Origin: Octopus bimaculoides
Lineage: Eukaryota
Direction of reading: 5' to 3'
NCBI RefSeq assembly: GCF_001194135.2
Contig: NC_068988.1
Location: forward strand, 60,274,822-60,314,052
Length of the DNA stretch: 39,231 bases
Each line of letters begins with the position of its first letter. Position 1 is the stretch's first letter. The notes under the pieces are model-generated. The model searched no databases. It had not been told where the DNA came from and saw nothing but the letters and a program-made list of their open reading frames with translations. Positions 1 to 11,371 of this stretch are shown in pieces. The position numbers and the translations under genes are program-made.

Positions 1-727
1 TATATATATATATATGAAATCGCGACTGCAAGCCAGTACATATCAGGTATTAGCTTCACCGTTTCCTTCCGCTTTTTCAGGTACTTATTCTCATTCGTTA
101 TGCTGCTTGCTAGAACTATAATAGCAATAAATGTCCTTAATGTTTGAATTGTCTATCGCGCATTTATATCAGCTATTCATGCGTAATGATAATAATAACC
201 AAATACATAAATTTCTGTATAGGAATTTAAACGATATATATATATATAGATATAGATAGATATATATGCATAGGTTTGTTCGTTTTGCATTATTCAGTAT
301 GTTTACGTGCGGCACTGCTTTAGTGTATTCATTTGAATGGTTGAATATAAATGTGCTTTCTATTTATTTTGTATATTTGCCAGCGCAACGAATTATATGT
401 TGATAAATTGTGTGTAAACAAATGGAGTCACTACAATTTATGTCTCTGTGTTCATTTCTGGATGAGATTTCAGCCATATACTTATTTATATATGTCTGAA
501 CTGTATTTGTTTCCATTGCGTACGTATGTACGTGTTTATACGTTTAAGTATTCATTTGAATAGTTTAATAGAAAAGTCTTTTCTTTATATCTTTTGTGGG
601 TTTGCCAGGGCAACGAATTATCACTTAATATATTGTTTGTAAACAAAGGGAACTCATTCTAACATCACCGTACTGTATACAGGCACAACATATTGATGTG
701 GGAACGTACTATACCACATATAATAGC

Positions 728-739
728 AACAATAATAAT

Positions 740-832
<93 letters not shown>
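728..832. repeat. Compound (AAC)n/(AAT)n microsatellite
   Basis: Directly visible. Confidence 0.98.
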
Positions 833-833
<1 letters not shown>

Positions 834-986
834 GCAGCAATAAATAAATAAGCAAACCATTTGATATATTATAAAGAGATGCAAAAAATCTTTAAATTTG
901 TAACTTTGTGTGTATGTTTCTTTGACTTGTTGATAGCTGCTTTCAGAGGCAATTTTTATTTTAGAGTATTTTACATACATACCACG

Positions 987-1074
987 ATACATACATACAT
1001 ACATACATACATACATCCATACATACATACATACATACATACATAAATACATACATACATACATAAATACATAC
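987..1074. repeat. (ATAC)n microsatellite
   Basis: Directly visible. Confidence 0.97.
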
Positions 1075-1402
1075 GCGCACTCACAACTAACTGTCTATTT
1101 ACGTATTTCTCTGTTTATATATTTATATATTTCTTTTTTTCTCTCGTTCTCTCTTCCTATATATATNNNNNNNNNNNNNNNNNNNNNNNNNNNNNNNNNN
1201 NNNNNNNNNNNNNNNNNNNNNNNNNNNNNNNNNNNNNNNNNNNNNNNNNNNNNNNNNNNNNNNNNNGTTGCTAAGTATTTGAAATATAGCTATTCAGTTA
1301 TATCGTGAAATGAAAAGGAAATGATTTAAACTCCGTTAATTATGACGTGTAAAATACTAAATAAAATGTTTTTAGTTGTCTTCAGGTGGTTATTATCAAA
1401 AT

Positions 1403-1698
1403 CAGGGGTTATCAAACTTTTTGACTTGCGGACCCCTTTATATTTCAGGCTTTACCTTAGGGACCCCCTTATAAACGCTTATGAAATTTATACATAAATA
1501 TTTGCTTAAAATAACATATATTTTTACATTTATTTATTTAACAGTATTTAACAAATAGGTTTATTGTCAATTAAAAGATTTCGATTAAAAAACATATTTA
1601 AAATCAAATTGACCATAAAAAGTATTTGCTGTCCACGGACACCCTGTCTTGTCCTTGCGGGCCCCCTGAGGTCCGCCGACCACAGTTTGAAAACCCTG
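1403..1698. mobile_element. Non-autonomous hAT-type MITE (296 bp)
   Basis: TIRs CAGGGGTTATCAAACT (1403) and AGTTTGAAAACCCTG (ends 1698); perfect 8-bp TSD ATCAAAAT at 1395-1402 and 1699-1706; no ORF. 8-bp TSD plus CAG-start TIR is typical of hAT. Confidence 0.92.
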
Positions 1699-2021
1699 AT
1701 CAAAATGATATCAATGCATCTTTTAACGACTTGCTGCAATTGCTAATAGGGTCTCTCAGATGAGTATGAACCTGTATCAGCATCGTCACGCGTGAACAGA
1801 TTGTTATGTGGAAAACTGGCAGATGTTCATTCGAGTAACACAATCCAATGATGTAGTCCCAAAAAAGACGCCAATTTTCGTCCGAACGTAGGAAGGAACT
1901 TGACATCCGTAATATACATGGGCTTTATGCAATACATAAGGAAAGAACAAATATCCTAGGGCATCAGTTTCGGCACTCTGAAAATTCTACCGACCCATTT
2001 TGTGACAGGCGTATTTCTATA

Positions 2022-2205
2022 TTTTCACGAACCAAGCGTAACTGTCTGGTAAGGAGTTTGCTTCCCAATAACATGTTTCCGGATGCGATGTTCGAGCAGC
2101 ACCTTACAGAGTTTTAGTCGAAGAAATCGACCCTAGGAATTCTTCTTTGTAAGCTTAATACTTATTCTATCGCTCTATTATGCTGAAACGATAAGTTACG
2201 AATAT
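2022..2205. mobile_element. Degenerate SINE-derived sequence
   Basis: GTCTGGTAAGGAGTTTGCTTCCCAATAACATG resembles the SINE head at 2211-2358 and 33625-33776; TTTTAGTCGAAGAAATCGACCC..TACTTATTCTATCG resembles the repeat at 38940-39110. Confidence 0.5.
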
Positions 2206-2210
2206 ATATA

Positions 2211-2358
2211 CGGCGGTCATCTTTCAGTTTCCGTCCACCAAATCCACTCACAAGGCTTTTCTCGGTCAGAGGCTATAGTAGAAGACATCTGCCCAAGGTG
2301 CCACGCAGTGGGGCTGAACCCGAAACTATATGGCTGGGAAGCAACCGTCACACAGCCA
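2211..2358 (-). mobile_element. tRNA-derived SINE with CORE-like domain
   Basis: Minus strand reads TGGCTGTGTG..GGGTTCAGCCCCACTGCGTGGCACCTTGGGCAGATGTCTTCTACTATAGCCTC; the ACCTTGGGCA..GCCTC part resembles the CORE-SINE domain; related copies at 31736-31816 and 33625-33776. Confidence 0.8.
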
Positions 2359-2398
2359 TATATGTATATGTGTGGTGTGTGCGCGTGTGTGTGTGTGT

Positions 2399-2445
<47 letters not shown>

Positions 2446-3493
2446 CGTGTGTGAGTATAATGATGCATTTATATACATCTGATAAATTTTGTTTTGCCCG
2501 CGAACATCCTCGGTAAATGAATGAATTGACATAGTTCAAGTTGCCTAAATAGGCATGTAGATAGAAGGCTAGATATTTACGTAAAAATTAGATTAGTATG
2601 CAAATGACAGGATGAAAGGGTACTGAAAGTGAGAACGCACACAGTATAACACATATGGTGCTGGAGTGCTAAGCATGTTTACTAGTAACTGGTTAGAGTC
2701 AGCAAGTTTAGTAGTGTCTTGAGAAAGACAGTGGGTTAATTGGTGTTAGTGGTAATGCGAAAAGGAAGTGGTGGGGGGAGTTGATGGAGACGATTGGGGA
2801 ATGTGGGCGTAGAGCGTAGTTAGGTGAATTACCGCAGAGTAGAACAGGAAGTGGAGATTTGTGGACGAAGAAACAGAAGCAGAGGACATTTGCTCGTATT
2901 TATAAAGACGGAAACATACACAAGAGGAAACACGTACACTTGATAGGGGTTCAGAAATAAACGGTCTACAACAAGAACTCACACACACACACACGCATAC
3001 ATACACATATGCACACACACACACACACATACACACATGTATGTATATATTTATGTATGTATGTATGTATGTATGTATGTATACAAACTTGTTACCAGTT
3101 CAAATATACGAGAGGCATGATCGTACCCCCAAAGAAAGCTATTTTTTGTATTTTGTCACTGAGAAAATTTCTCGGCGAAGAAAGTCATAATATTTCTATC
3201 TATACAATTTTGTAGTTTAATATATAGATTCTTAGCTTCGTATAGCTGTCAAGTCAAGCTCTTCTAGCGGACTCAGCTAGCATATCACAAGATAATCCTG
3301 TACGGAAGAGTATAATGCAACATTCTGTGCATTATAAGGCTCACTTCGAGAGTTGCATTCCCTCGCGTTCGGTGCAATTTGTTTATTATGGTAGTTTTGG
3401 CTTGAATAGTCCCTCCTAGCGTGAGGCATTTTATGTATAGTAATGTCCTTAATATAACTAAAAATGGATACTTATATATATATATATATATAT

Positions 3494-3553
<60 letters not shown>

Positions 3554-5274
3554 ATATACACATATGTTTGTATGTATGTAGTATATGTGTGTTTGTAAGT
3601 GCGTGTGTGTGTAGTGTATGTGCGTGCATGTGTGTCTGTGTGTTTACGGACTTGCTGTGAACATTTGACTTCTTGGATCGTAGTGCTGTAAGCGAAATAT
3701 GCAGTATGCCTTATGCATCGCTTTACAGTTTTGAGAACAAAAGATTCCTTCCAGAAAGAGCGACTAAAAGACGTATCGACGGAAAAAGAAAATAGATCAG
3801 AACTAGTCCTTTCTCGACAGCGAAAGGATGAACGAAAAACCTGTGGCTAGTGATGTTGAGTCTATGTATGAGGGTAATGCTATTACAATATTTATGTTAT
3901 GAGACAGGATAAGATGATTCATTTACAAAAAATTTTGATCGTTGCGGAGGGTGCGTTTTCAGAATTTGTTTTATTTCTCTCTTCCTTCAATTCAAATGTC
4001 ACCGTTGTAAATTTTTATTTCGTCCTCTCAGGGTCGATAAATGAATTATCATTCTATTGTTGTTGGGGTTAATGAAGTTGTTAGAGTATCGAATGAGATA
4101 ACTAATGTTATCTACTATGGCTCTTTGCGTTCAGAGTTTGTATTCGACCTCATAACATATTGGCCTCATACAAGTCGGATATACGCTCCTTGGCGACGTT
4201 AATGATTCTAAAACCTCTTCAAATGTCTGACACAGCATCGCATTGCGTCAAAAGGAGCGACTACTAGATCACATCAATAAAACAAGGCGGCTCTCTACTA
4301 AGCAGAATAAACTCTCTCGAGAGAGGGTGAGGGAGAGAATTTATTTTATGTGAAAATGTTTAAGATACAGAAATATATCAAACGTAATTCCGTGCAAAAT
4401 GAAATTTTCCTGAGCGTCGAGATTTATTGAAACTGTTGCTTTTGGGAATTAGCTACAAGTTAAAGCAGTATATTCTTATACTACGTTGCTTCCCACGTGA
4501 ATAATAAAATCAAAAAATCCGTTGAAGAAAAGGATATTTTGAAGTACTGATAATTGCATTGTCTATGATGATCAACACTTATCCCTCCTGCCATGCTGTT
4601 GCGCTCAAATTTCAGCCAGCCACACTTGCACATAATGCAGATAAATGTCTACATACAACGCTCAATGCTGCGAATTTGTTTCTTTTCTTCTTGCCTTCCG
4701 TCATGTTTGTTTTCGTGGTTATTGTTGGCGTCGTTGATTTTACTTTCTTATAACATTTCTTGTTTTAATTTCCAATCAACGTTAATTCACATTGACTGAG
4801 CAGAAATTCTATAATTTAATGAATAACTGAATGAGCGACCGTCTAAGGGAATGATTAAACGAACGAACAACGAACAAATGGACAAATCGATGAATGAAAG
4901 AGTGAAAGAATTAGCGAATGAAACATTTTTACAGTGTAACAAAAGAGCTAAAGTTAGAATAACAGAACAATTGATGCAACAGATTAGAATTCAATATATA
5001 GCAAAGAACTACAACTGTTCGAAATGACCCTGAAGGCAAAAGAATAGAAACTATAGCACGCAATACAACACACTTCCATTATCTATTGTCTTCGTCATCA
5101 GTTTATGATAATTAATTAGCCAACAGTCTTTATAAAAATTTGCTTCTAAATCTTTTTGCATATCAGTGAAGTTTGAGTAATGTTGTTTTTACCAGCCAGA
5201 AAATCGAAGTTTATAAATGACTTATTTTGTTATTTGAAATAACAACAGTTTAATACTAATGTTTAACTTTATAG

Positions 5275-5318
5275 ACCCTGGAGAAAATGACATAACGGTT
5301 GACCTCAGTAATAAACTG
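5275..5318 (+). CDS. Candidate internal coding exon (phase 1 to 0; DPGENDITVDLSNKL), gene unknown
   Basis: Branch-like TACTAAT, acceptor TTTAACTTTATAG, 44-nt exon open in one frame, donor CTG/GTAAAG. No homology recognised. Confidence 0.35.
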
Positions 5319-5852
5319 GTAAAGAAAATAGTATGCAATTCATGGCAATAATATTAATGGCTATACGTTTTGGGGGAAAACCGATTGTAACAGTTCAAGT
5401 ATTTGGGGGATACTTTACAGGCGCTTGGCTCGTACTATACTTTCTCGACCCTAAACCAATGCTAGGCAAATTTTACATGGGTAGAATTTCAACTCATTAC
5501 GTAAAGAACCAGACTAAATGCTGCAAAGCAATGTGTCCGGCGTGGTAGCGATTCTTCCAGGTCACTGCATTTCCTCACAAATAATAATAATAAAATAAGC
5601 AATATATATAACACAAGCAGGAAAAAAAAATGTTGGTTGCTTGATTCTTTAGTCCTGCTTGTATCGTACAGAGGAAGAATGGGAGTGAAAGAGAAATATT
5701 GAGAGAGAGCATAAGAGATGCACGATGAATACACATGCAAGGCTTGATGGAAGGTAGTGTGTAAATGAACGGTATACACAAAATGAACGGTATACACACG
5801 TACACACACACACTATAAGAGATATTCATATAAACAGGGAAGGAAATAAGGA

Positions 5853-5894
<42 letters not shown>

Positions 5895-6080
5895 TATTTC
5901 AAATTTTAGAGGTAATACTTGATAATTGTAAGCACCTGTATATGCCAGATAATGGCCGAGGTGAAAGAATAAATTAAAAACGTAAAATTCGGTTTTAATT
6001 TTACGTTTTTAATTTATATATATATATATATACATACATAGATAGATAGATAGATAAACAGATATTATATCTAATATACA

Positions 6081-6154
<74 letters not shown>

Positions 6155-6261
6155 TATTTCTAAAATGCTAACTGTAATGTTTGAAACATTGCTTGAAAAT
6201 CAATGAGCGTTCGTAAGTATTCAATTTCTCATCCCACCCCTCTCTCTCTCTCTTTCTGTTT

Positions 6262-6307
<46 letters not shown>

Positions 6308-7829
6308 CTCCCTCTCCCACGTGGTGCTTATCTTGATCTTTTGAAACACACTACAGCGTGTCCTATTTCTGCTAACTGTTGCCCTATAACACCTATTTTC
6401 TTATCTCAAATTAATGGAACCAATCATTAACAACGGCTCACGGCAACACACAGAATCTATCTCTTACTTCCATAATTACCAAAATAGTTTTCAAAAAGTC
6501 AGATCTACTGGAGACTTACAATCTTTTCCAGCAATGAACTCTTTCCCTAGTGAAAATTATTGAAAACAATGCCTTACCCTCCATAGCAGCAAATCATTTG
6601 ACAGAATTATAGCGCGTCACGGACGGTGTTATTCTGTTCGAACTTCCTGCTTACGGACCTTTCCGTCTCTCATTTCTTGGGTTGTTAGCTTCCTGTAGAT
6701 CTATTTGTGATATAGCCTATACTGATGTAACCCTCTCTGGTCTACCTTCAGTCAGCTCTCCTAGGCCTCATAGTTTGTTTTTGTCCTCCATATTCTTCCC
6801 CCAATGCAACATCCACTTCTCATCAGCTTCAGTGACAGACATTCTCACAAAAGGACACCACTATTGAAAATCTGCTCTAAATGAAATAATGTACTTATGT
6901 TTTAAGCAAAACAAAAAAAAAAGAAACAAGAAAACACAACCACTGTATTTATAAAGCAAACTCCTTCGCACTTCAATCCCAAACATGAGCAGCACATAAC
7001 AAGAACACGTTAAGTTGTTCCAAAAACAAGTCCTCACCAGATATGAGAGTTTCCTCCACATGTTATGGTGGTGCTGCAGCATTGCTGAAGTCAAACAACC
7101 GACACAAGTAAAAGAATAAAAGATTAGGCAACACTCAATCTGAGAGACAAAATTCAATCTTCTTAGCCAGAAAAATAAACTGTAAGTTTTCCAACCGCAA
7201 TTAAGCCTCTATAAGTCTCAAGTGATATTCACAACGGCGTAGTGCTCCCACATCTTTAACATTTTTCCTTCAACAAAACCCATCCAGCAAAAGAAAGCGC
7301 GATTTGTTTGCATATATTTATTTAGAAAAGCCCCCGCTTCAATACTGACTCACACTTTCCACTTAATATATTTTTTTACCCTTTTAAATTTTTTACCCTT
7401 CTAAACAGTTCTTGTACTGTTTCCATTCAGGCACTCTCGAATCGCCCATACCTCCTGCTCTCCTAATTATGATTTGTCCATCTAAATTCTCCACCAATTT
7501 TAATGGTTAATCCTTCCTCCCACACATAATATACCTCTGAACTACCCTCCCCATTCTTACTTTTCCAGTAGTCGCCTACTTGCAAATGTTTAAACGGAAC
7601 GTTAACATCATCAGTCTGACTGATGTTGAAAAATCTTCTAAGTCTATTTGCACTACTTTTTCCTCCAAAACATCCTAATAAAAAAATCAATTTCTGTATA
7701 CCGTTAATTGTGAACCATTGGCTATGAATCATTGATTGTAAATCAAATATTTGTTTTTACTAGTCATCAAACAAATGATTTGCTTATTTGACATTAGAAT
7801 GCTATTGCTGATTGTATAAGCCGCACAGT

Positions 7830-8040
7830 AATAGTGTCACACGTTTTGTTAAGCATAATCGATGCCAGAGAAAGTGCATAACGCCATTTTCTAAATCTTT
7901 ATGTTCTGAGTTCAATTTTCGCTGAGGTCGACATCTTTCATCTTTTCGATATTGAAAAATAGAAAGCACCAGTTGAATACTGCGGTCGATGTAATCGACT
8001 AGCAAATCACCCCAGAATATCAAGCCTTGTGCCTATATTG
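7830..8040 (+). mobile_element. Degenerate tRNA-derived SINE (Meta-domain-like family) with (ATA)n tail
   Basis: GTTCTGAGTTCAATTTTCGCTGAGGTCGAC..CTTTCATCTTTTCG matches copies at 14763-14925 and 36411-36585; runs into (ATA)n at 8040. Confidence 0.65.
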
Positions 8041-8075
8041 ATAATAATAATAATAATGATAATAATAATAATAAT

Positions 8076-8423
8076 TATTATTATTATTCAGTAGTTTTAT
8101 TTTTATAACGTGCTTTCACTTCACTACCGAGCGCAGCTCTGTGCGCCTTGGGTATGTGCTGTGGTTTGCTGTGGTGCTCTTATGTTTACTGTATTGAAAG
8201 TGTTTTGCGTAGAATGTGTGCAGTACCCAGTAGTGCAATTTTCTGTATGTTATATATATTTGTAAGTCCTGGTGTTTTTGTTATGTATTTGTCTGAATAT
8301 TTTTTTATTATACCTAAGGCACCTACTATGATAGGAATTGTTTCTGTTTTTAGATTCCACATTCGAGTTATCTCTATTTCCAGGTCTTTGTATTTTGAAT
8401 GTTTTTCCATTTCTTTTAGAGAA
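8076..8423 (-). mobile_element. 5'-truncated RLE-type non-LTR retrotransposon 3' end (R4/Dong-like)
   Basis: Minus frame reads KEMEKHSKYKDLEIEITRMWNLKTETIPIIVGALGIIKK..IQKIALLGTAHILRKTLSIQ*, the C-terminus of a restriction-like endonuclease domain; ~100-nt 3' UTR then (AAT)n; (TAA)n on both flanks. Confidence 0.88.
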
Positions 8424-8450
8424 ATTATTATTATTACTATTATTATTATT

Positions 8451-8534
<84 letters not shown>
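8424..8534. repeat. (ATT)n microsatellite
   Basis: Directly visible. Confidence 0.98.
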
Positions 8535-8537
<3 letters not shown>

Positions 8538-8907
8538 TCTGCCTTACAGAAAGCGGAGCTATTGTTTTCAGTCGTGTTTGTTTGCTTGAATGTGGACAAG
8601 GTATCTTAAGAACCGCGGGATGGATTTGGATGAAACTTTCAGGAATGTCTGACCTCGTGATCGGCATGAAGTGATTAGAATTTTAGATCGATCCGGTACC
8701 GGACAAGGAATCTGGATTATTTTTCCTGTTTTTTTTTGTTTTTTTACTTAATTTCTGAGAGCTGTCAGGTTCATTTATAGTATTCCCGTTTGTGAGAGCA
8801 GTCGAGTTTATTTCAGATATTCACATTTCAAAAATCATGTCTGGCTAATCACTGAGAGGACATTGTTGTTGCCTTGGCAGAAGCTTGCGCTTTCTGAGTG
8901 CTCTTGT
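8535..8907 (+). mobile_element. Helentron-associated non-autonomous element (HINE/DINE-like), full length
   Basis: 5' hairpin/subTIR ACCTCTGCC..GCGGAG; internal GGATTTGGATGAAACTTTC; 3' subTIR CCTTGGCAGAAG, hairpin GCGCT-TTCTG-AGTGC and T-rich end; second copy at 9578. Confidence 0.75.
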
Positions 8908-8989
8908 TATTACTACTATTGAGTTAGAAAGTTGTGCACTGGGTTAAAATATAGTCCCAGGCACACGCTTCATAGCCATATGTGCGTGC

Positions 8990-9419
8990 GTGACATGGTG
9001 ATCTCATACCAGGATAAACAACGCTTGGCCTTGTAGGTGGGGCTTAGTTAGAATTTACTTCTGGTTGAGTGACCCATCCCACTCAAAAGGTCATTGAAAA
9101 GGTTCGTTTAAGGATGTTGATCGAAACACCCATATATCCAGAGGTGACTTTTGGAAACCACAAATAATTCTTCTAGATACGTGGCTTAGATCCTCCCCCA
9201 ATACTTCCGCTCTTGATAAACGGTGGTCATATCGTCAGCCACTACAATCTGCTGAAATGGTTGAGGTCAAATAAGTGACAAGCAAATATGTGGTACAGAG
9301 TAGAATATTTGCTCTAGCTTCTGTTTTATATCGAGACAAAACAAGTAAATGAGAAAACTTCCAATCAGTTAAGCTCAGGAGTCATGAGAGCCAGTGCCTG
9401 GTACTGCATCAGGCCATGC
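8990..9419. repeat. Unclassified, probably interspersed-repeat remnant
   Basis: GC-elevated non-coding block between two (ATT)n arrays; no family motif confidently recognised. Confidence 0.25.
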
Positions 9420-9428
9420 GTATTATTA

Positions 9429-9495
<67 letters not shown>

Positions 9496-9509
9496 CATTA
9501 TTGTTGTTG

Positions 9510-9577
<68 letters not shown>
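9420..9577. repeat. (ATT)n microsatellite with a short (GTT)n patch
   Basis: Directly visible. Confidence 0.98.
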
Positions 9578-9580
<3 letters not shown>

Positions 9581-9780
9581 TCCGACTTAGCAAAGGCGGA
9601 GCTATTGTTTTCAGTCGTGTTTTTTTTTGTTTATTTCACCGTTGACAAGATATCTCAGGAGCCGCTTCATGGATTCAGATGAAACTTTCAGAGATATTTG
9701 GCCTCGTAACTAGCACAAAGTGATTAAATTTGGGGATCGATCTGGTACCGGACAAGGATTCTGGATATTTTGTTATATTT
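9578..9780 (+). mobile_element. Helentron-associated element, 3'-truncated second copy
   Basis: ACCTCCGACTTAGCAAAGGCGGAGCTATTGTTTTCAGTCGTG..GATGAAACTTTCAG..GGTACCGGACAAGGA aligns with 8535-8730. Confidence 0.78.
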
Positions 9781-9994
9781 ACTTTACTTTTCATGAGGCA
9801 ACAGTCACGAAAAAGAAAACAGCAGTGGCAGTAGCGATAGCAACAACAATAACAACAACAACAACGGGAGCAAAAGTGATGACAGCAACAACAACAAAAC
9901 CAATACCAACAACATCGATAAGAACGACAGTTTTTGGTATGTCTTGACAGATACGTTTATATCGATTGGGACAGTCATATCAATGAAAAGGCAT

Positions 9995-10004
9995 GATTAT
10001 TATT

Positions 10005-10052
<48 letters not shown>

Positions 10053-10072
10053 ATTGTTATCATTATCATCAT
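9995..10072. repeat. (GTT)n/(ATT)n/(ATC)n microsatellite
   Basis: Directly visible. Confidence 0.96.
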
Positions 10073-10311
10073 CATGGCTTCTCGAACCGATTTTGGTGTT
10101 GCTTTCTTGGATATGTAGTTATTGGTCAGAACTTTTAGAAAATAATGCCAACGCTCTTAGATACCAAAACAACGTTGCAAAGCTACCATGCTTCCCCGCT
10201 TAATTGCGGTTACTACCATATAAATCTGTGTGTGTGTATATATGTATGTGTGTGCATGTGTGTGCGTGTGTGTGCGTGTGTGTGTGTGTGTGTGTGTCTG
10301 TGTGTGTGTGT

Positions 10312-11194
10312 NNNNNNNNNNNNNNNNNNNNNNNNNNNNNNNNNNNNNNNNNNNNNNNNNNNNNNNNNNNNNNNNNNNNNNNNNNNNNNNNNNNNNNNNN
10401 NNNNNNNNNNNNNNNNNNNNNNNNNNNNNNNNNNNNNNNNNNNNNNNNNNNNNNNNNNNNNNNNNNNNNNNNNNNNNNNNNNNNNNNNNNNNNNNNNNNN
10501 NNNNNNNNNNNNNNNNNNNNNNNNNNNNNNNNNNNNNNNNNNNNNNNNNNNNNNNNNNNNNNNNNNNNNNNNNNNNNNNNNNNNNNNNNNNNNNNNNNNN
10601 NNNNNNNNNNNNNNNNNNNNNNNNNNNNNNNNNNNNNNNNNNNNNNNNNNNNNNNNNNNNNNNNNNNNNNNNNNNNNNNNNNNNNNNNNNNNNNNNNNNN
10701 NNNNNNNNNNNNNNNNNNNNNNNNNNNNNNNNNNNNNNNNNNNNNNNNNNNNNNNNNNNNNNNNNNNNNNNNNNNNNNNNNNNNNNNNNNNNNNNNNNNN
10801 NNNNNNNNNNNNNNNNNNNNNNNNNNNNNNNNNNNNNNNNNNNNNNNNNNNNNNNNNNNNNNNNNNNNNNNNNNNNNNNNNNNNNNNNNNNNNNNNNNNN
10901 NNNNNNNNNNNNNNNNNNNNNNNNNNNNNNNNNNNNNNNNNNNNNNNNNNNNNNNNNNNNNNNNNNNNNNNNNNNNNNNNNNNNNNNNNNNNNNNNNNNN
11001 NNNNNNNNNNNNNNNNNNNNNNNNNNNNNNNNNNNNNNNNNNNNNNNNNNNNNNNNNNNNNNNNNNNNNNNNNNNNNNNNNNNNNNNNNNNNNNNNNNNN
11101 NNNNNNNNNNNNNNNNNNNNNNNNNNNNNNNNNNNNNNNNNNNNNNNNNNNNNNNNNNNNNNNNNNNNNNNNNNNNNNNNNNNNNNNNNNNNNN
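10312..11194. other. Largest assembly gap; others at 1167-1266, 13517-13526, 16107-16116, 16447-16921, 27334-27779, 32357-32366, 33833-34086, 35655-35664, 38378-38466
   Basis: N runs, mostly bounded by microsatellites or SINEs. Confidence 0.99.
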
Positions 11195-11371
11195 ATATAT
11201 ATATATATATATGTATGTATGCATGTATGTATGCATGTATGTATGCATGTATGTATCTATGTAAGTATGTATGTATGTATATATATAGTATGTATATATA
11301 GTATGTATGTATATATATAGTACGTATATATAGCATGTATGTATGTATGTATGTATGTATATGCATATATA

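Noticed and set aside
654-1064. Poly-Tyr/Cys, poly-Ile/Leu and (HT)n/(CV)n ORFs throughout the window
   Set aside because: Translations of stop-free microsatellites.
4665-4799. Signal-peptide-like ORF MLRICFFSSCLPSCLFSWLLLASLILLSYNISC
   Set aside because: Weak start context (T at -3), no good donor, not phase-compatible with the 5275 exon; T-rich DNA readily gives hydrophobic peptides.
6780-6860. Minus-strand ADEKWMLH resembling mariner GDEKWILY
   Set aside because: No flanking mariner motifs; too short to call.
7463-7732. 89-aa minus-strand ORF
   Set aside because: No recognisable domain or splice context; possibly an old TE remnant.
8186-8599. 137-aa ORF as a host gene
   Set aside because: Chimera of a Helentron-like end, (TAA)n and a retrotransposon C-terminus.
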